From IMG/VR virus record IMGVR_UViG_3300024346_000004: a stretch of 64,000 nucleotides of DNA, one strand, 5' to 3'. The notes under the pieces were generated by a model. It was not told the DNA's origin. It worked only from the letters and a program-made list of their open reading frames with translations, and did not search any database. This stretch comes from a virus (taxonomy: Duplodnaviria; Caudoviricetes). The first letter of the stretch is position 1; each line of letters opens with the position of its first letter. The translations under genes and the position numbers were made by a program. Below, piece by piece: positions 19,001 to 26,605 of the stretch.

Positions 19001-20863
19001 GTTTCCAAGATTTAAAAGATCTGCATTTGGGATACTTACATAGTCGTTAGTTCCGTCAAAAACTAATTGGCCCTTATTCTTCGCTAAATACCCTACACCG
19101 TTATTAAGAGTGCCAGTGTAATTGTTAACTAAAGAATTGATAGTTGTCCCGGATCCAATGTAAGATTTATAATATCCAGGGTCAATATTTAAAAGTAATC
19201 CAGTTTGAACAATATCTGGATACATTTCTTTAGCTGGTAGATAGTTTACATTATTTAAAGCTTGTACTTGGAATCTTGGAGACAAAGCATCATAATTGAA
19301 TTTTCTTTCTCCTTCAGTTAATACTCTTGAATAGAATCTTAAGTTGCTTATTTGACCGTTAAGAGTAAAGCTACCTTGTCTATATCTGCCTAATAATAAA
19401 GTTAAACTGGAAGGTATGAAAGTATGATTTGCAGTTCCAGCAGATACATTGTTAACATAATAATTAATAGAACCATTGCTATATGTGACAGAAAGAAAAT
19501 ACCAAACATTAGATTGTAAAGTTACAGTAGAAAATGTAAATTGCTGAGAAGGGAAAACCTGCAAAATCATTTTAGATTGGTATATTTCTATATGATATCC
19601 TCTCTCAGGGCTTTGTCCATAATTATTTGTATTGAAAATTACTTGTTCTAAAGCTATATTGTTAGATTTAAACCAACATTCGAAAGTAAAGTTATCAGCA
19701 TTATTTACTGCACTATTATAAGGAAATTCGATATAGTCATTCGCTCCATCAAAATTCCAAACACCGCCAAAGTTTGTAGAGAACCCAACTCCATTATATA
19801 ATACACCTTCAACATCTCCACCAATATAATTTGTTGAGAGACCTAGAGGCATAATCATAGATCTTAGAATAGAAGGATTATCATTTGGCTTAGGTGATAT
19901 TACTTTAGTTCCAGAGCTAGGGTATGAATAAAGATTTCCAGCATCAATATCTAATACTAAATCTTGTGTTATTTTTTCTGGAGCACTTGGGTTTGTAAAG
20001 AATGGATAAAAGATCTTTGTTGACCAGATATAATTTTGTGTAACTTCTGCTTGGGCTAATTCTTTGTTGTAGATTCTTAAATAGCATACACGGACATTAG
20101 CATTATAATCGTTCCAAAATAATAAAGATGCACCTATTGTGAAAGAACCATTATTGAAAACAGCATTAGTATTATTATATGGACTTATTCTGTTTGATAA
20201 AGTTTGAAGATTGCCATTGATATACATTTTGCAATTTTCAACTTGATTACGTTTAAATACAAATGTAAAATGATTATATTCATTTTCATATGGTGCAGAT
20301 GTAACACCGTAAATATCATCTGCAACTGTATTAAAACCTACAAATCCATTCTTACAATAAATGCCATAACTATAACCATTAAAAACAAATGGAACAGTAT
20401 ATCCGGCTAAATCTCCAAAAAGTAAAATTTCAACAGTAACAGTATCTCCAGCAGTTGTGTCATTTATAGCAACAGTTCCAGTGGCATAATCTGTAGTACC
20501 AGAAAAATCAAAAGAATATGGAGATTTGACAGGACTGTTAAATAAAGTTATATTTGCATTATTTCCCGAAAGATCATACCAAGTGTTTCCTGTTCCTGGG
20601 TAAGAATCTTTTGAGAATGCATTTACATATAATTTTAATCCATCAGTAGTATATGTGTAAAATGGATTAGCGGATTTAGGTGAAAATGATTGAGCTACTG
20701 AGTATATTAATTCATTGTCAGATATGCTGTAAGTTAAGGCTGTTTGTACATAAGGGGTAGACGAAGTTAAGCTTACATTCCCGTTAAAATTTAGAGAAGT
20801 TGATGTTTGACTTGATGTGCTCGTGTAAATCGAAAATGAGCCATCTGAAATTATATCAGCTAT
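13022..20863 (-). CDS. Giant (~2613 aa) multi-LamG virion appendage protein, probable ATA start
   Basis: Frame open 212 codons upstream of ATG 20227; six LamG-like domains (L.LD.G...SY.G.G..W.D.S pattern), three copies of a second beta-sandwich module, C-terminal 23-aa repeats. Confidence 0.75.
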   Translation of the reverse strand: MADIISDGSFSIYTSTSSQTSTSLNFNGNVSLTSSTPYVQTALTYSISDNELIYSVAQSFSPKSANPFYTYTTDGLKLYVNAFSKDSYPGTGNTWYDLSGNNANITLFNSPVKSPYSFDFSGTTDYATGTVAINDTTAGDTVTVEILLFGDLAGYTVPFVFNGYSYGIYCKNGFVGFNTVADDIYGVTSAPYENEYNHFTFVFKRNQVENCKMYINGNLQTLSNRISPYNNTNAVFNNGSFTIGASLLFWNDYNANVRVCYLRIYNKELAQAEVTQNYIWSTKIFYPFFTNPSAPEKITQDLVLDIDAGNLYSYPSSGTKVISPKPNDNPSILRSMIMPLGLSTNYIGGDVEGVLYNGVGFSTNFGGVWNFDGANDYIEFPYNSAVNNADNFTFECWFKSNNIALEQVIFNTNNYGQSPERGYHIEIYQSKMILQVFPSQQFTFSTVTLQSNVWYFLSVTYSNGSINYYVNNVSAGTANHTFIPSSLTLLLGRYRQGSFTLNGQISNLRFYSRVLTEGERKFNYDALSPRFQVQALNNVNYLPAKEMYPDIVQTGLLLNIDPGYYKSYIGSGTTINSLVNNYTGTLNNGVGYLAKNKGQLVFDGTNDYVSIPNADLLNLGNSFTISAWVRINDLVNNLFQSFINTLDITSATKGFTFGWYRDAAYGINGKSIMLQFGVEAFAWNIYSSDTNSITDNNFHHIVVTALNINTNNPTVIFYIDGIQKNTTWWNNSTKRAINYNTDINNIRIGHYYTPSNPAYYNSFSSINLGNIKIYTTILSARDIRQNYLALYDRYNTQIKSGQQLYLDAGNNNSYSGSGTSILDISGNTRNGTLVNGVAFTSNYEGILTFDGTNDYISTDTINLSSTNIVTVSFWAKIENYRQVVGNSNCIIEFSSNYNNTSGGFNISYGDDSAVSFGGVYPITLAIKGNAGYNFATFSKTLVNDLDWHHWVCILDKSQSGLEVSLYIDGILRTPLITFINNNTNNFDNTNLFIGNRAFGNFSLSNIQVYNRALSFSEIQENYTAYATKFGKQGVGFLLGTTGLRNLNTPLPVSIISAENLPSHTFNNMFYDKFDYGLNLTIGDTNFYEFASDYGIQQFGMFNSWIYPIGFNSDPGAKYSFNIGLNSFLDYPGAPITNTASFERNGIYRAPSTPGNKVIAYNVLYPRGTTFFYSGYLKTNLYYETTGLTGIGFGLQGDVKLGYFAVIDVRNGTGETAAFQLRKDINNTVPIATDTAITIQTDRWYRITITWSSAGLITAKLYDGVGPLLSTITVTDTSYTTGYLGITSFSLSSFDNLSNLAAQFTTNAGNIASGESLSNLNYIQPGEVKIYPPSYTTSLITTGEILRLDGANYSGSTIWTDLSASANNGTLTNNPTYTTSNYGAIVFDGVNDFVTLGKDILSTRYTISAWFMLHVQPNNRYQDLFDSQYSGMLMNSGGGQFWYKNVSSYNLPFSFSFKFNTWYQISVVNGANTKSVYVDGDLVASVNDSSNYEPINNFIIGSNNGTSEFLSGKIAHIHAFNRALSSTEIKQNYDALRERYNNSSLFNQFYDQINNGDFFTFGDADYYLPMSEYGPGFGITQLFMPPALATSVVQAGVSGLGLSRVPGYDYKVAAYPAAYVPGSNFFWSGWVKTNPNYITTGHSGIGIGIQPSDKYSGYFAIIDVNNGSGAAASFQLKAGIYNAPIASATGLNITVDTWYRINMYWTTAGLVTAVLYDSYGAELATISSTSYLYSSGYCGLVSYSNSSFDNFTNFQSLRINNVGNITSLESLGLHVVKPGPVFISNVTEKSIVKTNLNLYLDAGKTTSYSGSGNAWNDISGNNNNLSFGSYTTIYDPTDGGGTFVFNGTYEGAITSNPSLNPQYFTLEMWLKFPTVPFSGIPYNKEGLYRLLVSEVFTSTVSTRLGATGWQAYNGVTTVKANTWHHCVATYSGQYVRIYLDGELDAEYLVNGGPSPDNSTSTLHIGAYLPGSYRFFGRISQVRLYSAALLPAQVKQNYEADVQRYGRSYILPKHTLKNLNTTFPTGIISSELLTTTHEFTNLFYEEFETASSLDFGDVVDYTKSETTSEIYGIANYNLPPGINAGATGFGLYWFTMGPLLKPYVKYTGLFGFGMKRIEGGSSNKVLVYKAVYKRSPTFFWSGFVKTYFDYTTTGLSGIGIAIQPNNIYNGYYAVIDVRNGSTPDTASFQLRNGINNTVPLSYISGLALQADKWYRITTSWNTNGVIIAKLYQQTGELIATLTTTDNTYTSGYMGLTSYSNSLFDNFTNIIDNRITNITTIQTAETLGIHKLDPGPVRLYPSNISTLEALGIHFIKPEGNKFLPVSILSSEILTSQFIQPGRVNISPSTFIDANAHGTPRLSPGEVRLFPETFRSLTRFGLHIIKPGIATIFHASLNNQNILGTHILKPGAVNISHQSLNNVNIFGNQKLQPGVVRIYPDTFVVPHLLGSHTVVPGPIFINPNTVESLEALSNANRLYNENKTRPTSIPTAESIGNVNFYLNINTSPQTILSAEALGSHRLRNVNYVNVPTLGEVTVVGTPKFIFVQRFGLLRVFVLTLGSIDTLTGDLGEIGLDVTLLRKIDTEITTIDYIRTVVDNKYIMTIKLDTSGKTPPNI
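13240..14035 (-). repeat. About 12 degenerate ~23-aa protein repeats (I.S.E.LG.H.I.PG.V.I.P)
   Basis: e.g. ISTLEALGIHFIKPEG, LNNQNILGTHILKPGAVNI, ILSAEALGSHRL. Confidence 0.75.
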
Positions 20864-20873
20864 TTTCTTATCC

Positions 20874-23279
20874 TCAGACTAAAGTAATTTTAGCATATAC
20901 ATCAGTACTTGGTAAATAATGAGAAGCTGTAAATCTTCTTTTAGCACCTAACATATTAGGCCCGACACCATTTATCCAAGATGATCCATTCCAATATTGA
21001 AAAGAACCATTTATATTTTCTGTGCTGTATGCTGTAAATACTTCTTCATCTGATTCTGATAGGTAATATGTTATCTTTAAATTACCCAAAGTATTTAGTA
21101 CACTTGTTTGTTCAAATCCTATAATTGATGATGAAGAATTAGAATCATATAAATTCCATTCAAAACCAGTTGGCAAATCATCATCTACAAAATAAGATAT
21201 TGATAATCCATATATTCTATTAGGCACGGATGCTTTACCTAATACTCTAAATTCAAACATGAATTGTATATTATCTTTAGGCATTATAAATGACATGTCA
21301 AAGCTATCATTTAACAGACTCCAATCACCAGTATCATCAGATATACCTTCTGTTCTAAAGTATACTCTAAAAGGTTCTGGCATAGATCCTAAATCATGAC
21401 TACCTAATATTTCTGGATGATGCACTAATAATTTATTGAATTTAGTTATATGACTTGTATCAATAGAATGAGTAATAATTCTGGCATTATTTCTCGAAGC
21501 AAATCTCCAATCAGCTTCTCCTGGGAATACGCCTAATTTATATTGATTTGCTACATAATACCAAAGGCCATCTGATATATTGAAGTTTAAACTTTCTCTA
21601 AGATGCGAAACAGTATCTTTTGATGGCATTCTATAATCTGAATTTTCACCATTAATTTCTCCAAATTCAGTATAGTAATAGGGGTAATTTGTGTCATATG
21701 GCAATACCGCATTTGTAGATCCAGAAAATAACATTTGTTCTAGGTTTGGTATATATCTTGCATTAGATGGCCCTACATTATTATAGCCTCTATAAGCATT
21801 CCCTAGAGACCTTACATAACCATGATCTTGGCCAAATAAATCAGCATCTTGTTTTAAATCATTTAAATCTATTCTTTGTAATACTGTAGCACTTCCACTT
21901 CTAAAATAAATATTATGTTTATTTCTTCCTGGACCAGTTGGTAAGCAAAACATTCTTAAAGTATCAGCTCCATTGATGCAGTCATAACTTTTAGTTATAA
22001 ATTTAAAAGCACTAGTTGATTCTCCAGCTGTAAGAGTAAGAGGAGCTTCAGCATCAAAACAAGCAATTCTGATTGTGTTACCTTGGTCTATTAAAACATA
22101 AAATATATGTTCATCATTAGATGTCTTTGGTAATGCAGCTAATGACCAACCATTTATTATAAGATTAGTTCCTGGATTTATTATTCTGTAAGTGGCTCTA
22201 ATTCTATCAACAGTAGTAGCAAATGGAACAGTATTATTGTGTTTCATGAATGTAAAATTCATGCCTTTTGTTATATAAACTCCACCTAAATTATAAGGGC
22301 TTGTATTCCAATAATTTGCGCTTATCATACTTACTTCTTCAATAATGTATGGTGAATTTTGAGGATATGTTTTACTCAATGTTTCAGTAAGTGTTAATGA
22401 TGTATCTGAAATAATAGATGCTACTTCATACCATTCTGTAATAGTTTCCGGATTAGTAGATCCAAACCCAATTCTACTTCCTATGCTAAATTTTAAAGAA
22501 CTAAATTTAGTATTTGTACCTGTTACAGTATTACCCGAAACTGTAACATATCCATCAGATGAGGAATCTACAAATATATTAGCATCATATATATACATAT
22601 TATTAGAGACTCTAAAAAATATATTTACTACTCCGCCTTGATAGAATTTATTTTCTTTACGATTATAGATCATATATAGTATATTTTGAGTACTGGATAC
22701 ATTTGTCATAAATATATAATCTAAATTTTTTGTGTATCTTATAACTTTAAACATAAAATTAAATGCATTGTTATAATAGTTTGCTGCATTAAAAATATGT
22801 TCTAATCTTAATGGTGATACATAATTATCATATTTATTTGCACCTGAATATCTATTCATAAGATATCCAAGATTTACATAAGATGAATCATAACCTGTAG
22901 AATTATAACCTTGATGAGTGATAGAAGTGGGTGCTGTACCAATATCGTCATAATGAAAATGATCGTATATATTAGCTAAAAATACATAAGATCCATTCAC
23001 TAATTTATATAGTTTATAATAATTAGTTAGTTCAGATTGATTCCAAAATATTCTGACATAATTGGATGAAGATAAGGATGAATTTGAATTATATGTAATA
23101 ATTTCATCAGATAAATCAGATTCACCATCATTTGTTACGATTGATAATTTATAACTATATGATGTATTACCAGGTGTTCCAATATTATCATATCTACTAA
23201 ATACAGGAGCTTTTACAGGAATATAATTTCTATAATTTAAGCTTGAATCAAATGTAAAATCTATACTTTCAATAGCCAT
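20874..23279 (-). CDS. Array paralog 6 (801 aa; core scaffold only)
   Basis: FN3-like YSYKLS..YDDIG; GSRIGFGSTNP..PYIIEE; PEPFRVYFRT.GI.DD.G.W..IQFMFEF; C-terminal GAKRRF. Confidence 0.7.
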   Translation of the reverse strand: MAIESIDFTFDSSLNYRNYIPVKAPVFSRYDNIGTPGNTSYSYKLSIVTNDGESDLSDEIITYNSNSSLSSSNYVRIFWNQSELTNYYKLYKLVNGSYVFLANIYDHFHYDDIGTAPTSITHQGYNSTGYDSSYVNLGYLMNRYSGANKYDNYVSPLRLEHIFNAANYYNNAFNFMFKVIRYTKNLDYIFMTNVSSTQNILYMIYNRKENKFYQGGVVNIFFRVSNNMYIYDANIFVDSSSDGYVTVSGNTVTGTNTKFSSLKFSIGSRIGFGSTNPETITEWYEVASIISDTSLTLTETLSKTYPQNSPYIIEEVSMISANYWNTSPYNLGGVYITKGMNFTFMKHNNTVPFATTVDRIRATYRIINPGTNLIINGWSLAALPKTSNDEHIFYVLIDQGNTIRIACFDAEAPLTLTAGESTSAFKFITKSYDCINGADTLRMFCLPTGPGRNKHNIYFRSGSATVLQRIDLNDLKQDADLFGQDHGYVRSLGNAYRGYNNVGPSNARYIPNLEQMLFSGSTNAVLPYDTNYPYYYTEFGEINGENSDYRMPSKDTVSHLRESLNFNISDGLWYYVANQYKLGVFPGEADWRFASRNNARIITHSIDTSHITKFNKLLVHHPEILGSHDLGSMPEPFRVYFRTEGISDDTGDWSLLNDSFDMSFIMPKDNIQFMFEFRVLGKASVPNRIYGLSISYFVDDDLPTGFEWNLYDSNSSSSIIGFEQTSVLNTLGNLKITYYLSESDEEVFTAYSTENINGSFQYWNGSSWINGVGPNMLGAKRRFTASHYLPSTDVYAKITLV

Positions 23280-26200
23280 TATATTCCCCTGTAAATTTTG
23301 ATATTATATGAAGTAACAGGCATAGATGAGGTTACTACAAATCTTCTTCTAGTTCCGATAATATTAGCTCCTATACCGTTGACCCAGCCATTATTATAAT
23401 ATTGGAAATAACCATATGTTGATTCTGTACTTAATTGCTTAAATATTAAATAATCATTTTGTTTGTCATATATTTCTATAGCTAAATAATTTAATGATTC
23501 AAATAAAAATTTCTGTTTGAATCCTATAATATTGTTATTTAAATCAGTGTCTTGTAAACTAAAAGTTAGTTCTTTTGGTAAATATTCATCTGTTTCATAT
23601 GATAATGACAATGAATATAATCTAGCAAAAACCATGATTTTTTTCATGATTTTAAATTCGAACATGAACTGAATATTATCAGCTGGTTGAATAGCGGACA
23701 TATCATTATTTTCTATAAGAGTCCATTTACCAGAATCATCATCGATACCCATAGTTCTTACATATATTTTATATGGGTCTGGTCTAATGCCATATGCTTC
23801 ATCATATAAATTTAATGAATTCTGGACATACACTTTTTTATATAAAGTGGCATTCATAGTAGAAAGCTTAGGTAATACTAATCTATTTTTTGTGAGCTCT
23901 GCAATACACGCCTCTGCATATTGGGGCCATATTAATACACTGTTTTTACGACCTTGTAGATGAACGTTAAAATAATGTAAACCTTCGTCAGAATTTTGAT
24001 ATATAGGTAAATTCCAAACGTAATTGTAATCACCGTTTAAAGGGAACTTATAAATAGGTGATTCATGTGAGCTTCCAGCTATATTTGAAGAATATTTATC
24101 TGTAATACCTATATTTATAAGACCTTCAAATCTATATAAAAAAGATTGTCTATTGACAGTAGCAAAATATAAATCTAAATTATTATCATAGCAGTTTTGG
24201 TCAGGTGTTGTTCTAGATTCCAATATAGCATAGTTTTCTCCACCTTGTCGCATAAATTTCATTTTATCTAAATAAATATCAGTGGCATTATTTTTAATCT
24301 TATCTACATCAACTATATAATTCCATGAGTTATCTACAGTGATCATAATATTTCTATTAGCATAAGGTCCAGATTTAGGTGTATGCACTCTTGATAAGAA
24401 ATATGTTTGACTATTTTGAGCAAAGACATTAGCTGTCATTGCTAAAGCTGCTATTGTAGACGTTCCTGCGACAAGATCAGTGAGAGAAGCTCTTACATTA
24501 AATTTATAAAATCTATTTGTACGACTGGCTATGTAATTATTTCCATAAACAAAATGAGTAGTATTTGTATACTTTTCATCTGTTCCTATATACATATCAT
24601 TAGGCGGTGTAGTAGGATGGGTCAACCTATAAACAGCTCTTTGGTTATCTACAGTAGTTGCCATAGGAATCGAATTTCCTAAATTAATTCTAAATAACCC
24701 AAAATGTAATCCTTTAGCAACGTATAATCCAGCTTGATTAAATGGAGATACTGTCTGTCTAGAGGATGCCATAATCCTTAGTTCCTCAATGACATAAGGT
24801 GTATTTGAATTAATAGTACCAGCTGAGGCATTTATTGTTATCGAGGTGTTAGAATTTATAGCTGTGATATCATACCAAGTTGTAATAAATCTTGCTTCTG
24901 TAGAGCCAAACCCTATTCTAGCTCCTACAGCTATTCTGTCTGACACCCAAGAAGTATTGACACCTGTTACTGATGTTCCAGATACGGAAACAGTACCATT
25001 ATTATGATAATATAATTCTGCTAATGGACCACCATAAACAGTCATATTAGATGTAGGACTTAAATTTAAATCTAATCTACCAACATATAAGAATTCATCT
25101 ATCTTTTTAAAATGTTTGAATAAATATAATTGTCTTATTTGTCCAGCAGAAGAAGAATAATATACCAGTACATAATTGAAGTCATCATTATATTCAAATA
25201 CTCTAATTAAATCTGTCCAGTTCCCAACATAATCTAATGGAATATGATATACTTTTTTAGGTCCAACAAAATTATCATAATGTTTTTCGCCCGTGTATTT
25301 CTTGATTAATGGACCTAAATTAAGTTTGTTTGGGTTGTATCCTGATGTATTTATTGAGGGAAATAATGTTGTTGGAGTAGCAGAGCCAATATCATCATAA
25401 TAATTTGTATTAGTAACACTAGCTAATAATCTTTCGTTATCTTTTGTTCTTCCGTATATTTTATATCCAGTAACATTTCTTAATGATTTCCATGTTATTC
25501 TGTTAAAATTAGACGAATTTAAAGTGCTATTTCCATTATTGATGATTATTTGATTTGATGTAGATTCACCAAAGCTATCGTATGCTGTAACTCTGTATGA
25601 ATATGTCGTAGATCCTGAAGTACCAAATACTGTCACTGATGATATAGGATTATCTAATGATTTATAATTTGCAAATTGTGTTTCTTTGTTAAAATCATAT
25701 TCTATAATTTTTGATTTTTTATTAGATAGCTTTAGAACATTATTCTTTTTGATATTTATATTTTGTGGAACTGTTGGAGCTTGTATTGAATTTAAATAAA
25801 ATCTAATAGGCCCATTCAGATAATTATTTCCAAAAGATTCTCCCGTGCTAATTGCTGGAGCTCCCAATGTTCTGTAATTAGTAACAGGCAAGCTATAAGA
25901 AATAGGTTCAGCATATACAGATTTCGGATTATCATATAAGCTCTGTATTTCATCGATATTTAAAGCTCTATCAAATATTAAAAAATCTCTTACCGTACCG
26001 TTAAAATATTCTCCGCCGTATCCATAGCCTACTCTTAAGGGATAATTTCTATATCCTCCGGGCCAAATTCCAGTATTATTTCCTTGAGCTTGAAGTTTTC
26101 CGTTGACATATAATCTAACTACAGAACCATTCCATGTGCCAACTAAATGATACCAAGTATTTCCTAAAAGCCCTGTATTATATATTGGATTTGTTTGTCC

Positions 26201-26605
26201 AGCTGTAGTACCTACACCAAAATACAGCCTTTCAGATCCTCCACCTTGCGAAAGATAAACAGAAATATTATGGCCAGCATCACCAATAACAAAAATCTTT
26301 TTATATGTGGCTTCAAATGCTACAGTTTTATATACCCAAATAGAAAATGTAAGAGAATTAAATGGAATAAAAATTCTTGTATTTTCACTATAGTCATTAC
26401 TTCCATCAAAAGTAAGCCCTCCTCCATTAGAGGCAGACCATGTAGGACCATTAATTAAAGTTAAATTTCTTTGTGAAACTAAATCGTGAGCAATATTACC
26501 CATTTGATCATTAAAAGGATAACAAGCAATTAATCCATGCGTAACTGGGTTATTGTAATTGATTGTAGATCCAATGGGCGGTCTATATGATGGGTATGTG
26601 CTCAT
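23279..26605 (-). CDS. Array paralog 5 (1108 aa; N-terminal LamG + core)
   Basis: YRPPIGS..GLIACYPFN LamG start followed by the shared core motifs. Confidence 0.72.
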   Translation of the reverse strand: MSTYPSYRPPIGSTINYNNPVTHGLIACYPFNDQMGNIAHDLVSQRNLTLINGPTWSASNGGGLTFDGSNDYSENTRIFIPFNSLTFSIWVYKTVAFEATYKKIFVIGDAGHNISVYLSQGGGSERLYFGVGTTAGQTNPIYNTGLLGNTWYHLVGTWNGSVVRLYVNGKLQAQGNNTGIWPGGYRNYPLRVGYGYGGEYFNGTVRDFLIFDRALNIDEIQSLYDNPKSVYAEPISYSLPVTNYRTLGAPAISTGESFGNNYLNGPIRFYLNSIQAPTVPQNINIKKNNVLKLSNKKSKIIEYDFNKETQFANYKSLDNPISSVTVFGTSGSTTYSYRVTAYDSFGESTSNQIIINNGNSTLNSSNFNRITWKSLRNVTGYKIYGRTKDNERLLASVTNTNYYDDIGSATPTTLFPSINTSGYNPNKLNLGPLIKKYTGEKHYDNFVGPKKVYHIPLDYVGNWTDLIRVFEYNDDFNYVLVYYSSSAGQIRQLYLFKHFKKIDEFLYVGRLDLNLSPTSNMTVYGGPLAELYYHNNGTVSVSGTSVTGVNTSWVSDRIAVGARIGFGSTEARFITTWYDITAINSNTSITINASAGTINSNTPYVIEELRIMASSRQTVSPFNQAGLYVAKGLHFGLFRINLGNSIPMATTVDNQRAVYRLTHPTTPPNDMYIGTDEKYTNTTHFVYGNNYIASRTNRFYKFNVRASLTDLVAGTSTIAALAMTANVFAQNSQTYFLSRVHTPKSGPYANRNIMITVDNSWNYIVDVDKIKNNATDIYLDKMKFMRQGGENYAILESRTTPDQNCYDNNLDLYFATVNRQSFLYRFEGLINIGITDKYSSNIAGSSHESPIYKFPLNGDYNYVWNLPIYQNSDEGLHYFNVHLQGRKNSVLIWPQYAEACIAELTKNRLVLPKLSTMNATLYKKVYVQNSLNLYDEAYGIRPDPYKIYVRTMGIDDDSGKWTLIENNDMSAIQPADNIQFMFEFKIMKKIMVFARLYSLSLSYETDEYLPKELTFSLQDTDLNNNIIGFKQKFLFESLNYLAIEIYDKQNDYLIFKQLSTESTYGYFQYYNNGWVNGIGANIIGTRRRFVVTSSMPVTSYNIKIYRGI

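Noticed and set aside
20863-20880. Programmed frameshift fusing the 801-aa gene to the giant ORF
   Set aside because: The 801-aa protein ends like its paralogs, the downstream frame has a TAG just before the junction, and SD + ATA explains initiation more simply; not fully excluded
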